Below are positions 40,096 to 55,388 of a DNA stretch of 64,000 nt, in pieces. Position 1 is the first letter of the stretch, and each line of letters starts with the position of its first letter. A program made the translations under genes and the position numbers. The stretch comes from Eledone cirrhosa. Taxonomy: Eukaryota. The stretch spans positions 122,636,001-122,700,000 of the forward strand of contig OZ024745.1 in the NCBI GenBank assembly GCA_964016885.1. Reading direction: 5' to 3'. The notes beneath the pieces were generated by a model. That model ran no database searches, was not told where the DNA came from, and saw nothing but the letters and a program-made list of their open reading frames with translations.

Positions 40096-42089
40096 GTAAA
40101 TGAGGTTGGTGTTAGGAAGGGCATCCAGCTGTAGAAATCAAGCCAGAATCAGTTCTGTATGAGCAAGGCAAGGTCAGCCGACCAGACACTGCCCACAACA
40201 GGACAACCCGTCTAACCCATGCTAGCATGGAAGAACGGACGTAAAACGGTGATGATGATGATGATGATGATGATAATATAAATACAGTCTGGTATCTGCC
40301 GTTGAGCAAGAGCTCAGCTGTCTGGCACTAACTCTCTACTATACTCTCTACTATATATATATATATATGTATATATAAAGTGCACATTAAAATGACAATA
40401 TACTGTTATTTAATGCCTACTTTCCTTATTAGCTAGGGTTATACTATGACAGGCTTCTATCTACCAAATTTCACTCGCAAGGCATAAATCAAACTAAAGC
40501 TATTAAAAAAAAAAGAAGACACTTGCTCAAGGGGCTGTGTAATAGGCTGAACCAAAAACTGCATGATTGTAAAGCAAATTCCTTAAGTACACATCCTTGT
40601 TTTCACCTATAACTTGTTGATAGATTTTAACCTTTTAGCATTTGAACCGGCAGTATCCAGCCAGAATTCTCTCACCTCTTTCTGTTCAAACAGGCCATAA
40701 CTGGCAACTCATACTGGTGTTAAGGTATTGTTCTCTTCATAAATAATATTCAAATCTCATAGATTCGATATTATGTGAGATATTGTGTAAGATAAAGCCT
40801 TTACTGTGAAAATACAATAGCAAATATAGAGTAATGTAAATGCTAAATGGTTAACCTAATGAAATATCCTCTATTTCAAATAATTAACAAAGAATTCTGA
40901 GGTATTTATTAAAGTTACCAATTATTTCACAACAAAAATAGTAAATCAACATATGGTTCATAAACAAAATTATATTAGATTTTATTTCGAATAGGAACTC
41001 TTCAAAATGAGTGGTTTTGTTTCATAGAACCAGAACTGATCTTGGTCAGGTTGTTATCAAAAAAGTTAATGGAGATTTGTTTGTTACATTGAACAATCTG
41101 AGTAACTATCAACGCTTCTACAGCTGCTTAGATGCTTTTGACTGGCAACTGTGATATTTTGTTCTATTATATTATAATGAGACTTCATTGATAATAATGT
41201 CCCCATAAATGATTTACCCACAATGCTTTAGGAAATAGATGGAAACAATTTCCTTTTTCCCTTCCTCTGTTCTTTTAATTTATTAGTTTATTTGCATAAA
41301 TTGAAATTTATTTCTTTGGCATCTTATGAATAACATTACTACTCTTTAAAATGATATATGCTTTGATTAAGTCTTATAATTTTAGAGAAAGCTTTTTATT
41401 TGTGCCATAAAGATATGATAGTCTTCATTCCAAATGTGGTAGGAAAACGATTTATAATATCTAAGATTTTATGTATATCATCATCATCATTGTCGCTTAA
41501 CATCCATTTTCCACACTTGCATGGGTAAGTATAGTAATTGACAAATCATAAACTACATAGATATAGTTTGTATCTAGACATTTGAACATTTGTTTCTATC
41601 TCTTCTATGTCTCTTCACATTTGAATATAATTTAACATATGTTCATAAACCATTGTTTATCAACTGGTTCCAGCCTGGAATCAAGAATGGATTCCATTTG
41701 TATGTATCAAAATGGCAACCTAGTTCAAATTAAACTGCTGCATAACTCACTGTTTTATGGACAGAATAAGTAATATTCGATTCCTCTACCAAACTGGAAC
41801 AAAGCTATCTTTATGGATTGTGTAAACACACACACACATAAAGGCATGTATGGCTCACTAAACACACTTGTGCTTCGTCTCCAACAAAGAATATTCTTCC
41901 ATTTCTTCTTCTTACTATCATCTATCTTTCTATTTCTTCCTTTGCCACTCATTCTATCTTCTGATGAAGGACTCAGGCCCAAAACATTAAGACTCCTTTC
42001 CTACTATATCAAGTGTTAAACTAATATATATCTTAATATTACTGTATCATTTCCCTGTGTTATTTATTCCTTTACTTTTCAAGTACATG

Positions 42090-42090
42090 T

Positions 42091-42127
<37 letters not shown>

Positions 42128-42156
42128 GAGTGAGAGAGGGATAGATAGAGTGGGAT

Positions 42157-42200
<44 letters not shown>

Positions 42201-42468
42201 TTTATATGTGTATATATATATATATAGAAATATTAAAACAATGAAATTAAACACAAAACAGTTAATTCATAGTAGTTTTACTATGAATTAACCGTTTTGT
42301 GTTTAATTTCATTGTTTTAATATTTCTATTTTTGACTCTGTATCCAATGAATTATATCGTTGAAAATTTTGTATTTTAAACTTTGCTTCACGACATCTTC
42401 TACATACGGATTACATTGAGTTCTTTATATGGCTTAGACCCTACCATTGAGTGGTAGATTTATCTGTT

Positions 42469-42506
<38 letters not shown>

Positions 42507-42510
42507 AATT

Positions 42511-42594
<84 letters not shown>

Positions 42595-42598
42595 AATT

Positions 42599-42660
<62 letters not shown>

Positions 42661-42664
42661 AATT

Positions 42665-42732
<68 letters not shown>

Positions 42733-43012
42733 CGAGGAAGTTTTGTTTACATGTAAATTATATGTATTGTGCATCGATATGTTACCCGTGTTTCACAGAG
42801 GATTGGTTCAAGTTCACAGCACCTACACCATATATATATAGATAGATAGATAGAGTTATATATATATATATAGTGAGAGAGAGAGAGAGAGAAGAGAGTG
42901 AGAGAGAGAGAGAGTGAGAGAGAGTGTGAGAGAAGGAGATAGAGATAGATAGATAGAAAGAGAGAGAGAGTGAGAGAAAGACAGTGAGAGAGTGTGTGAG
43001 AGAGAGAGAGAT

Positions 43013-43044
<32 letters not shown>

Positions 43045-43137
43045 AATAGAGAGAGTGAGAGAGAGTGTGAGAGAAGGAGATAGAGAGAGATAGATAGATA
43101 GAAAGAGAGAGAGAGTGAGAGAAAGACAGTGAGAGAG

Positions 43138-43170
<33 letters not shown>
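42090..43170. repeat. Compound (TA)n/(GA)n microsatellite block
   Basis: Repeating (TA)n(GA)nAATTTATATGTG modules followed by a duplicated AG-rich tract. Similar blocks at about 8400-9950, 13680-14140, 52115-53240, 54180-54650 and 55178-55388; they give the low-complexity ORFs. Confidence 0.95.
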
Positions 43171-43413
43171 AATAGACAACCATTGACAGAGAACATTTCA
43201 GAACATTTTCCCTTCCTTTTCCTTTTTGTCTTACAGTTTATTCCATGAATTCTAAATAAAAAGTTTTAGAATATTTTTAACAGGTTGTAGTGTTTGTGTG
43301 GGAGATGGACAAGAAGGTTATACAGTTATTATAGCTTGCAACACGAATATATAGTCAATATAAATATATCTTGTTGAAAATTGAAGAAAAAGATGAATGA
43401 CAAAGCAACTTAC

Positions 43414-43667
43414 CTATTCAGAAATATGGAATTGACATCCTCGTGTGTGATGGGGGGCTTCTTAGAGCTGGCAGCCATCCTAAAAGGTCGAAGAAAACAA
43501 GTAACAAGAGTGGACAGCTGCCTGTTATATTCTTCTTCACTTTCAACCATATTGAACACAATGCTGTTTCGTTTCCTCATGCTTTCGGCATGAGGAGAAC
43601 GGATGTAGAGCTCCACTATTTGTTTCCAACGCCGTCGACAGAGCCAACCACGAAAAAAACTTTGAAC
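43414..43667 (-). CDS. RASGRF: Ras-GRF exon: IQ motif and start of DH domain ([16 protein letters not shown]...[16 protein letters not shown])
   Basis: ttgcag acceptor, gtaagt donor; 254 nt (phase 0/2). Closely matches RasGRF1/2 VQSFLRGWLCRRKWK...SPHA.SMRKRN...[24 protein letters not shown]. Confidence 0.97.
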
Positions 43668-44585
43668 CTGCAATGGAAATGTAAAAATGGCATATGTAGG
43701 ATATGGATAAAATAGAGAATAAATGATTTAACCTGTTTGTTACCATAATACAAAGAAAATCATTTAGGAATTCTTATCATTTCTTCACCTAAAGATTGTC
43801 ATCCATACCACTACCCCTACCCTATCCTCCCACTCCCACCAACACCACTCTCCCTCTGTAAAGTTGGTACCACAACATCCAGTCCAAATAAATGAGATAA
43901 TGAGATCGAGATCGTGTAGGTGTCACGAGAAAAAAAAACACAGTCCATGCTGTAATGTGGCCGTGTAGATAACACGGTAAAAAGTACCCAGTTCCACACT
44001 GTAAATGTGGTTGGTGTTAGGAAGGGCATCCAGCTGTAGAAAACCTGCCAGATAGTCCTATATGAGCGAGACACAGTCACCCGACCAACCTTGCCTCAAG
44101 TGGGACAACTCCCGCCTAACCCATGCTAGCGTGGAAAATGGACGTTAAATGAAGATGATGATGATGATGCTTTACATGCCCAGACAAATGCAACCTTCTC
44201 TGCTGTATGCTACATCTGATTCCTATTATGCCCAGTTTTTCTCTCAGCTTCCGATGAAGGGCTCATGCCCCAAGTGTTAAGACTCCTTTCCTACTATATC
44301 AAGTGTTAAATAATTAATATCATCATCATCATCATCATCATCACCGTTTAATGTCAATTTTTCGATGCTGACATGGGTTAGATGAGTTATCCTGTTGTGA
44401 GCAATGCTAGGTCGGGTGACCATGTCTTGCTCATACAGATATTAAGATATATAATATATATCTTAATATTACTGAATCATTTCCCTGTGATATTTATTCA
44501 TTTACTTTTCAAGTATATGCACACACACACATATACATGTGCGCACACACACACACACATGTATATATATATATATATATAGAGC

Positions 44586-44616
<31 letters not shown>

Positions 44617-44894
44617 GGATAGATAAATAGATAAATAGAGTTATATATATAGGTGAAGGTGCATGACTGACTGGTAAGAGAATTCGATTCACAATCATGG
44701 GGTTGTGAGTTCAATTCCTGGACCAGGCGATGCATTATGTCCTTGAGCAAGATACTTTATTTCACGTTGCTCCTTCTACCCTGGAGTTGGGACCGATAGA
44801 GAGTATTAGCAAATGGAAAGACCAATGGAAACATTGTTTCCTCGGTCCGACTTGACGAAAGTCGATCGACTGTCGATAAAGTTTATAATCATGT

Positions 44895-44934
<40 letters not shown>

Positions 44935-47900
44935 CAAATAGACAACCATGCTTTGCTGTTCTTGTTCATTAATATTAATCATCCATCAGAGCATGCTTTC
45001 TTCATTTCTCTTCAGCTTTCACATATCCTATACCCATGTTTCACTATTATGTAACACCATACCATTCCTAAATAACTAAAAATGTTGGGGGACCTATAAC
45101 ATGAAGCATGTTAGCAGTGATTGAACTATTTTGTTTTCATGCAGAAGGCGTCCATTGGTAAATTCTTTCCATGAAATACATCCATCAGTCAGACATTCTC
45201 TTTTGTAAAATCTTTTCCTTTTATCTTTCCAGATTCAAAAAACAGTTTCAATCAAGAACTAGGGTCATTATAATGGACTAACCCATCCCATCTTAACCCT
45301 ATTGTATTTTCACAGTAAAGGCTTTATCTTACATAATTATTTCACATGATATCGAATCTATGAGATTTTGATATTTATTTTGAGAACAATACCTTAACAT
45401 CAGTATGATTGGCTGATCATGGCTTGTTTGAACAAAAAGAGGTGAGAGAATTCTGGCCGTATATGGCTGGTTTAAATTCATATGTAAATTGTATCGTGCC
45501 TAAGTAAGAAGCACTTATTATTATTAGAATGAATAATAAATAAACAAATAAATTATCATTATTGTTATTATTATTATTAGAATTTTTGATTGGTTGGTAG
45601 ATTGGACAAATTGGTAGATCATCGGTCAAAATGACAGCAATATTTGTCCAGGCTTTTTATGTTCTGAGTTCAAGTCCCACTGAGGTTAACTTTGCCCTTC
45701 ATCCTTAAGGGGTTGATAAAATGTACAGAAATGCACTGGGGTAATTGCTGGCCTTGTGCCAAAAAGTAGAAACAATTATTAGAGCAGTGGATTGGTAGAA
45801 TTGGTAAAGCGTCAGACAATATGCTTAGCAGCATAGAGTTATGGCCCTTTATATTCAAATCCTGCCGAGGTTAGCTTTGCCTTTCATCCTTATGGGGTTG
45901 GGGTTGATAAAATATAGTACCAGTAATGCACTGGGATCGATTTAAAATACTTTCCCCTCCTCCAAAATCGCTGACCTTGAGCATTAATCAGAAACCATGT
46001 GAATTGGCAGTATCGGTAGAGGGCCTGACATGCTTTCCAGCATAGAGTTACGTCCCTTTACGATCTGAGTTCAAATCGCGCCGAGGTTAACTTTGACTTT
46101 CATTCTTACGGGGTCGATAAAATAAAGTACCAGTAATGTACTGGAATAATTGCTGGCCTTGTGCCAAAAGTAGAAATAATTATTAGAATAGTTCATAGCA
46201 TTTGGAAAAGATTCTGAAATAAACAATATATGATGGCAGTTGTATATAATCACTAATGGAATGATATAAACAAGAACTGATTATTTTCATTACTTTCATT
46301 CCAACAGTGCATATTATAGACGTTAAGATGTTGAAACAGATCAAATGTTCAACCAAATAGTTTTATGCCTTATTGTGATAGTTATAAGAAATGTTTGAAG
46401 CATATTTTGACATATTCATTCCAGATAAACTAGATAAATCTTTCTTTTTATCCACAACATATCTCTACTGAGAGAAATATAAAGTTGGTTAGAAAGAAAA
46501 TAAAAATTGCCCTAAAAGGTTTTAAAAACAAATATAATTTAATAAAAAGATGAAATTGAAGAAGCAAACAAAAAAAAACAACAACAAAAAAACCCCGAAA
46601 TAAAACAAAACAAAAAGAATAAGAAGGAAAGGAAAAAGAAAAAAAGGATAAATAAATGAAAGAGGAAGAAAAAAATTAAGATGGGATGAAAGAGAAATAT
46701 AGATATGGAAAATATCAATGTGAATGTAACAGTTTGTTTGCTATATTACATTTAAATGAACATTCTCATAAATCTCTTCTGAGATTGTCAGATTGAATAT
46801 CTTAACACAATCTGAAAAATAAAAGTGTCAAGAAAGATAAAACAGTAATAAAAACAAAAACATGTGATTCATCAAACATGTATAGGATACAAATTGACTT
46901 GTTTTGAAAGCATCTTGAACAAAATATATATTTTATTATTATTTTTTTAAATTTTATTTTATATTCTTTCTGCATATAGTTTTATAGTTTTATTGGTTTA
47001 TTCCTTTAACCCTTCAGCATTTAAACCAGCTGTATCTGGCCAGAATTCACTAATCTCTTTCTGTATAAGCTTCTGTAACTGGCCACTCATACTGATGTTA
47101 AGGTTATGTAAATGCTAAAGGGTTAAACTCTCACCTCTTTCTTTCTGTTCAAACCGGCCATAACTGGCCACTCATACTGATGTTAAAGTATTGTTCTCAA
47201 AATAAATAATATCAAAATCTCATAGATTCGATATTATGTGAGATATTTACGTGAGATAAAGCCTTTACCATGAAAATACAATAGTATATATAGAGTAATG
47301 TAAATGGTAAAGGGTTAAACTGGCCATATCTGGCCAGAATTTTCTCACCTCTTTCTGTACAAACCGGCCATAACTGGCCACTCATACTGATGTTAATGTA
47401 TTGTTCTCAAAATAAATAATATCAAAATTTCTTAGACTCGAGATTATGCGATAATTCTGTAAGATAAATCCTTTACAACAAAATTGCAACTACATTGTTA
47501 AAACAAGAAAATTACAATGTTTTTGTGTTTGATGGATTGTTGGTAGTCGGTAGACTCACTGAGCTATTCAATAGCTCAGCAGACCTGTCAACTCTCTCCA
47601 TCCGAGGAGGAGATCACTCACCCACTTTGGGGTGGGTGAGAGATGTCTTCTCTTGTGAAAATAGGTATAGCTTTCATTGTGGTGGATTGGCAGTATCGGT
47701 AGAGGGTCTGATGCCATACTTTGCAGCAAAGAGTTACGGCCCTTTATGGTCTGAGTTCAAATCCCGCTGAGGTTAACTTTGCCTTTCATCCTTACAGGGT
47801 CGATAAAATAAAGTACCAGTAATACACTGGGATAATTGCTGGCCTTGTGCCAAAAGTAGAAACAATTATGTAATTCTCTCCATTTTGCCTCATTTCTCCC

Positions 47901-48179
47901 CGTTTTGGGGCACTTTTTTTCATGGTACTCCCCGTATGTGTTTTTAGAAGTTGGCAAGTCTGGCACAGGCTTAGATATTTGATTTGAATGGAGGATAGCA
48001 GTTATATAAACAAGTGTCAAGTGCCTGAAGTGTATGGAACCTGTACAAGAGAGAGGCCAAAGAAGATATAGGATAAAATAGTGAAGACTAATCCCATTGT
48101 TGTTAGTTTGGATTTTTAGAAATTGACAGGTCTGGCTCAGGAATAAGAAACTGAATATATAAGATGCAATAATCTAGAC

Positions 48180-48345
48180 CAGGCACGGTAAACATGCAGC
48201 CCTTTACAAGCACACATGTAGCCTGCACAAAGGTTTTTTACAACATGAGCATGTTTCATTTTCGTAAAATTAGTTGGAATGTGTGGCCCTCAGGCAACAC
48301 ATATGTGACTTATGTGGCCCTCGGGGAACCCTCAGTTTGACATAA
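48180..48345. mobile_element. hAT/Charlie-like MITE remnant
   Basis: CAGGCA.GGTAAAC.TGCAGCCC start, repeated TGTGGCCC motifs, and an AGTTTGACA end. Confidence 0.5.
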
Positions 48346-49922
48346 ACACTGTGTTAAACATGCTGCAGCACACTACTACTCTTTTTTATAAATGCATTTC
48401 TTTATTGATACACGAGGAAAAAATTGAAGCTCAGAACTAAGTTATTACTTATTTCATCAATTACATTTGCTGAATATAAATCTTACTATACAATAAAATC
48501 TTCTAAATTCAATATATCTGGATATGACTGTAAGATATAAAATAATAAGGATTTATCTAATGGAAGATTTGGTTATATTAACAGATCAGCTGACTTGAAG
48601 TCAGTTATTAGTTTTTGTTTCTTTGTTTCTTTTAAGTAGCTTCTATCAGCACTCAGCTCTAATCAAGCAGAATCATGATATGAAGGCATTCTATAGATCC
48701 ACCATTACAGATGTAACTGGCCTTAATTTATTCTGAAATGATACTGAATATTTTGTTTTATTATATGATGTGTTGTTCAGGGTGATGCCTAGGATTGTAA
48801 AATCCAAAGAATATAGTGGCTGTAAAACCAAGAGGTAATGAACATTATAAGAATACAAAATTGAACTGATTACAATTCAATTTATTACAGTTCTTATAAT
48901 GGTCATTGTAATCCATTCATTACCATATTTCTAATGAAAAACACTGCCTATGATTTTCATATCATTTTGAAAATAATCTAAATTTGCAGAGGTTTAGTAA
49001 TATAACTAATTTAGGACAGATTTTATGGCCGAAACCAGCAGGTAGGCGACCAAGGGTAGACCCCGAGCAAGATGGTTGGATAACATCCATGAGCTTGGCT
49101 AGTCACGCTTGGGGATCCAGCTGGATCAGTTGGAGATGGTTGCTTTGAACAGGACCCATTGGAGGGAGTGTCTGAGGACTCTGCCCCATGACCCTCTCAA
49201 GAAGAAGAAGAAGAAGAAGAAGAAGAAGAAGATGGGAGGATTTTAGGTAAATATAAATACTTTAAAATAAATAGTTTGCTATAAAACCGTTAATCGCTGT
49301 ACACTATGAAAAGTGTACACAATTAATAACTATAGTGATGAGGATCATCATCAATTAATGTCTTCCTTCCATGCTAGCATAAGGTAGATGGGTCCCATGT
49401 GGGGCATACTGTATATATGTTTCAGCTTGTGTTAGTGGGAAGTTGGGTCTTCTGTATTACTGCATACCGCCAGAGATCCCGGTCATGTCTCATCACCTTT
49501 GAGAGGTGCAATTGGGCAAGGTCGGCTTTTATCATGTCATCCCAAGGCTTCCAATGACTTTGAATGCTCTGCCCTTTTTTATATAGCTGTCATCCTTCAT
49601 ATGCAACACATGTCCATACCAGCACAATCTCCTCTCCTGCACACTGCATTTGATTCCTCTTATGCCTAGTTTCTCTCTCAGTTCATTTATGCTTCGCCAT
49701 TCTCGTATATTACTATTACACATACATTGGAGCAAGGAATTAAACAAGGGATAAACGTTTACTATAAACTGAGCATTAGAGTTGTTAGACAAAATGGCAT
49801 GCTGTATATGTTGCAGTTCTCTGCACAGAGTTCAAATTCTGCTGCAGGCAACTTTTTCTCTCATCTTTTTGGTATTGACAAACTAAATTATCAGTATGGC
49901 AGGGTGGATTGGTGGAATTTAA

Positions 49923-50143
49923 CCCTTTAGCATTTAAACCAGCCATATCCGACCAGAATTCTTTCATATCTTTCTGTTCAAACTGGTTGTAACTGGCCAC
50001 TCATACTGATGTTAAGGTATTGTTCTCAAAATAAATAATATCAAAATCTCATAGATTCGATAGTATGTGAGATAATTATATGAAGTAAAGACTTTACTGT
50101 GAAAATATAATAGAATATATAGAGTAATGTAAATGCTAAAGGG
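49923..50143. mobile_element. piggyBac-type MITE (~220 bp), best-preserved copy of a family with ~19 full or partial copies
   Basis: TTAA|CCCTTTAGCATTTA...TAAATGCTAAAGGG|TTAA (TIR plus TTAA TSD). Other copies at about 1292-1513, 5693-5925, 6498-6681, 6685-6812, 15447-15657, 16560-16735, 16954-17173, 25850-25970, 27659-27827, 31220-31424, 31429-31634, 40631-40850, 45297-45477, 47009-47480 (three pieces), 59270-59491 and 61760-61979. Confidence 0.9.
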
Positions 50144-51309
50144 TTAAAGCAAATGGGGACATTCATCTAAGTCTCACAGCATAATGGTTAAATGAAGGTG
50201 AGAGATATATACTATACTTTAAAATAGAATATGGGTTGTTAATATGATAGACAACTGGTTGCAGATAAACATGGCCCAGAGCCCAATCACCCCCCCCCCC
50301 CCCCTCATTCTTCTGTGACACTTGCCATTCCCTCCTCATTCAGGTTTTTTTCATTTTCCTCTTTTTTCTCTATATTTTCCTATTTTACATTCAATTCTTC
50401 TCACTCAAAATTTTCTTTTTTTCTTTTTCTATTAAACTGTATTTACACAATATATTCCATAAATAAAATTATTAGTATGTTTACAAAGAATTAGGGGCAG
50501 TTTCAGGCAGTTTGGTGTGAAAAGGGTTAAAGATTTTGATTTTTGTCTTCAATTTTGTCTCATAGTTTAAGATTGTTAATAAATAACACTTGAAAAAGTA
50601 TGTAAAAGGCAGACATGAAAACAATAAAGGGGATTATGTTATGTCTGTGTTTGAAGTAACAGAGATTACTATGAAACTCAGCTCAGAAACGAAAAAAAAT
50701 ACTTAGTTACCTAATGATTCTTGTGGTAGTGAAGGGGACTTCTGGCAAGACTTGTTAAAATTAAATCTGTAATCTGGCCAGATCAGAGGGGCAGTATATT
50801 TGAGCCACTCAGCATTGATTTTGAGGTTACCTACTCACCTCAAGTTCTAGTTCTTTTATTTTGCCCTCTTACTTGTATATACATAACGTACACTATATTT
50901 ATATGTATATACATGTGATCTATACATAAATCAGATGTATTTATCACTGGTTACATAATGAACAATTGAAAATTATTTGGCTGCTTATACATAGGGTACA
51001 CAGCAATATAAATTTTCTTCTGCTGATTCACTATTGCATGTGTATGTGTATATCATCATCATCATCATCATCATCATCCTCCTCATCGTTTAATGTCTAT
51101 CTTCCATGCTAGCATGGGTTAGACGGAAATTGTCCCACTTGAGGAAAGATTGGTCAGGTATCCATGTCTCGCTCATATAGGACTATCTGGCAGGTTTTCT
51201 ATGGCTGGATGCCCATCCTAATGCCAACCACATTTACATCAAAGTGACCTTCTCTTAGAGGGATGTCTTAAATCTTATTCTTATTTTGTTTCATGTAAAT
51301 AATTTTTTT

Positions 51310-51756
51310 CAAAATATCAATTCAAAACTTTTGTGAATAGGCATCATATTTTGTCATTTACCTATAGTTTAAATTTCATCAAACGGAAAAATATTTTCAG
51401 GGGGGGTTTGTGCCCCCGGGGAACCCTTATAGGGGGTTTAACCCCCATTAGGGTGTCTTAATATTATTGAAATTTGCTGAAATTTTGTGAATAGGCATCT
51501 TATCTTGTCATTTACCTATGGTTTAAAAAAAATATAAATCTAAGGGAAAAGATTTTCAGTGAGGGTTTTCAGTAGGGGTTTGTGCCCCCGGATAACCCTT
51601 TGATTTAAATGAAATATACTTATCCAAGTAGCATGGGCAATGTAGTTTCAGAATATATATGGTTATGGGGGGGTCTATCTCCGAAACCATAGGAGGAATT
51701 TGTGAAAAAACAAACAAACAAACAAACAGACAGGAATACAACTTTATATATATAGA
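51310..51756 (-). mobile_element. Helitron-like non-autonomous element, 5' portion
   Basis: Minus strand begins A|TCTATATATATAAAG followed by a (TGTT/TGTC)n microsatellite; internal direct duplication (about 51328-51430 and 51483-51600). No clear 3' hairpin-CTRR end was seen. Confidence 0.5.
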
Positions 51757-51903
51757 TATATAGATATAATTGTGTAATGTGAATGGATAGGAGAATGAGC
51801 ACTCAACAGTTTATAGGACTGGAGTATAAATAATATAAAATCAAAAGATGGTTAAAATGCACATAATAAAATACATGGAACTCTTTTAACCATCTTTTGA
51901 TTT

Positions 51904-51941
<38 letters not shown>

Positions 51942-52142
51942 TCATCATCATCATCATCATCATCGTTTAACGTCCATCTTCCACGCTAGCATGGGTTTGG
52001 ACGGGAATTGTCCCACTTGGGGCAAGATTGGTTGTCTTGCTCGTATAGGACTGTCTGGCAGGTTTTCTACGACTGGATGCCCTTCCTAACACCAACCACA
52101 TTTACAGTGTGGACTATATATATATATATATATAAATGAAAA

Positions 52143-52184
<42 letters not shown>

Positions 52185-52189
52185 GAAAA

Positions 52190-52222
<33 letters not shown>

Positions 52223-52230
52223 AATGAAAA

Positions 52231-52364
<134 letters not shown>

Positions 52365-52633
52365 ATGGTTGGTGTTAGGAAGGGCATCCAGCTGTAGAAA
52401 ACCCGCCAGACAGTCCACGCTGTAATGTGGCCGTGTAGGCAACACGGTAAAAACCTCCCAGCCCCACACTGTAAATGTGGTTGGTGTTAGGAAGGGCATC
52501 CAACTGTAGAAAACCCGCCAGACAGTCCTATGCGAGCAAGACAACCACTCTTGCCTCAAGTGGGAAAACCCCCGTCCAAACCCATGCAAGCGTGGAACAC
52601 GGACGCTAAACCTGATGATGATGATGATGATGA

Positions 52634-52749
<116 letters not shown>

Positions 52750-53147
52750 TTATATATATATATATATATATGTACATATATAAAATGAATTTGAACTCAG
52801 ATTTGAACTTAGCGTTATAAATAATAAGCTGTTATTGGAATAGGAAAACAAAAGTGTAATAAGATTATTTTAGAAACCTTTCTCATTATCTATACTGATG
52901 CCTTCAGTAAAAAAGAGACATGAAATACCATTTGAAATGATATAATTCTCATTTATTCGTTTACTTCAGTAATTTATATATTCATATACTTAGAAGCATG
53001 CTACAACATCCTCTCTCTATGTGTGTGAGTGAAGGAGAGCCAAGTTTCACATTTATTTGCTCTCTATTTTACAGCATCTCTTTTTAAGACAGTATATATA
53101 TATGTATATATACATATATATATATTTATATATATATATACACATAT

Positions 53148-53240
<93 letters not shown>

Positions 53241-53962
53241 ATAATAATAATAATGAAATATTGTGTACAGTGCTCAGGTGCACTACAACTCATCAAAAAG
53301 TGTATGTATAGTACATAGGGTAATGTATAAACGTCAGGAAAATGAACAGTGCATGAGTCATGATATACACATGTGTGTATGTGTATGGAAGGGGTACATT
53401 AGGTGTAGTTTTGGTGTATTTCGGGAAGCATGATTGTCTTAAAGGATGCAGTGTCTCGGCAGCTAACAACTGATGCAGGTAGTTTGTTCCATGCTTCAGC
53501 AACTCTGAGCGTGAAAAAATGTTTCCGAAAGTTATAGGAGCTGTGCTGTTTTCTGATTTTGTAGGCATGTCCACGTGTGTTAGACACATGGAGATCAAAA
53601 AGGTGCTCAGGGTTGTTGTTGGCGAGATGGTTAATAACTTTGTGGGTGTTTACCAAGTCCATTGCCAGATGTCGGAGCTTCAATGAATCCATGCTAAGGG
53701 AAGCAAGGCGTTCAGAGTATGGCAGATGCCTGATGGAGGGTATTTTCTTGGTTGCACGTCTCTGAACAGTTTCCAGGTGGTCAATGTTCTGAGCAAGATA
53801 GTGGTTCCAGACTGATGATGTGAATTCCAAGTGTGGTTGTACCATAGCTGTATATAGCTTTAAATAGATGGCTGGAGAGCGGTTAACAAAGGTCTTGCTG
53901 AGTGATGCCAAGACACCCTCGGCCTTCTTCACAATCTTAGAGACATGCTTTGTCCAACGCAA
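53241..53962 (-). mobile_element. CR1-clade LINE 3' end (ORF2 C-terminus, 3'UTR, (ATT)n tail)
   Basis: ORF 53399-53962 reads LY.AMVQPHLEF.SSVW..Y...ID.LETVQRRATK.I...LPYSERL...TRGH.YK...RKHFF..RV..AWNKLP..VV. A shorter copy of the same 3' end lies at about 4880-5170(+). Confidence 0.9.
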
Positions 53963-54179
53963 ATCGCTGCATATATATATATATAGATCAGAGCAAACAG
54001 CACGGACACTCTATCTCAAAATTATTTTTGAAAAGCATTTAGAAATGCGCAACCGGTAAAAACTTAAAAACTTAAAACCACAACTGAATACTAACCCATA
54101 CAATCACTAATACTCTTTTATTCCTAATTAAACCATTTTTCAACTGTGAACAATTTGTCAGCATTTTCTATTCCGTTTA

Positions 54180-54238
<59 letters not shown>

Positions 54239-54239
54239 T

Positions 54240-54303
<64 letters not shown>

Positions 54304-54304
54304 T

Positions 54305-54335
<31 letters not shown>

Positions 54336-54341
54336 TATGTT

Positions 54342-54380
<39 letters not shown>

Positions 54381-54460
54381 TTATATATAGATACATATAC
54401 ATATATATATATATATAAACATATATATACATATATACATATATATATATATATGTTTAT

Positions 54461-54602
<142 letters not shown>

Positions 54603-55353
54603 GGAGAGAAAGGGAGAGAAAGTGTTATATATATATATATATACGCACATATACACCATTCATAAGAAAATGAAACTCACTACTTCTTTCTTTCATTCAT
54701 TGATAGCCTGAAAGTTATTCCTTACCGAACGTTAAATTTAATTTGGTATTATCTCTTATATAGGTTGAAGCTTTGCTAACTTTTTTTGGCATTATTTTAT
54801 ATATTATTATATTAGTGTACATATATATCATCATCATCATAATAATATACTCTGGTTCAAACTTGTTTCATTTAATGGTTTCACCACACAAGCGTACAGA
54901 AAAGGAAAAACATGCACCAGGCAGAATAGTATCATGAACAAACAAATAATAAATCATATCAACGCAGCCTGCTTCTTGGACTAACTGGCAACCAATCAGT
55001 TATGTTTAATTTGTATATTGCCATACTAAAAGGTTTTTCATCCAATTTTCAAAGAAACAACTAATGAAGGAAACAATTATTTCAACATCTGACGCATTGA
55101 AAATCAAATTAGACATATTTAATATCTAATTAATAAAAGAATAATATCAACATCGAAAAAAAAAAGAGAAAATAGCGCACACACACACACACAGACACAG
55201 ACACACACACACACACACAGAGAGAGACACACACACACACGCATAGACACACACACAAACACAGACACACACACAGATACACACACACACACAAACACAC
55301 ACAGAGACACACACACAGGCACACACACACACAGAGACACACACACACACACA

Positions 55354-55388
<35 letters not shown>

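Noticed and set aside
50711-50870. Possible extra minus-strand RasGRF exon(s) with donor-like sites (TAG|gtaact, GAG|gtgagt; peptide EGKIKELELE)
   Set aside because: In-frame stops lie immediately upstream, there is no convincing acceptor, and the flanking exons already join seamlessly (KIKK|VQSF).
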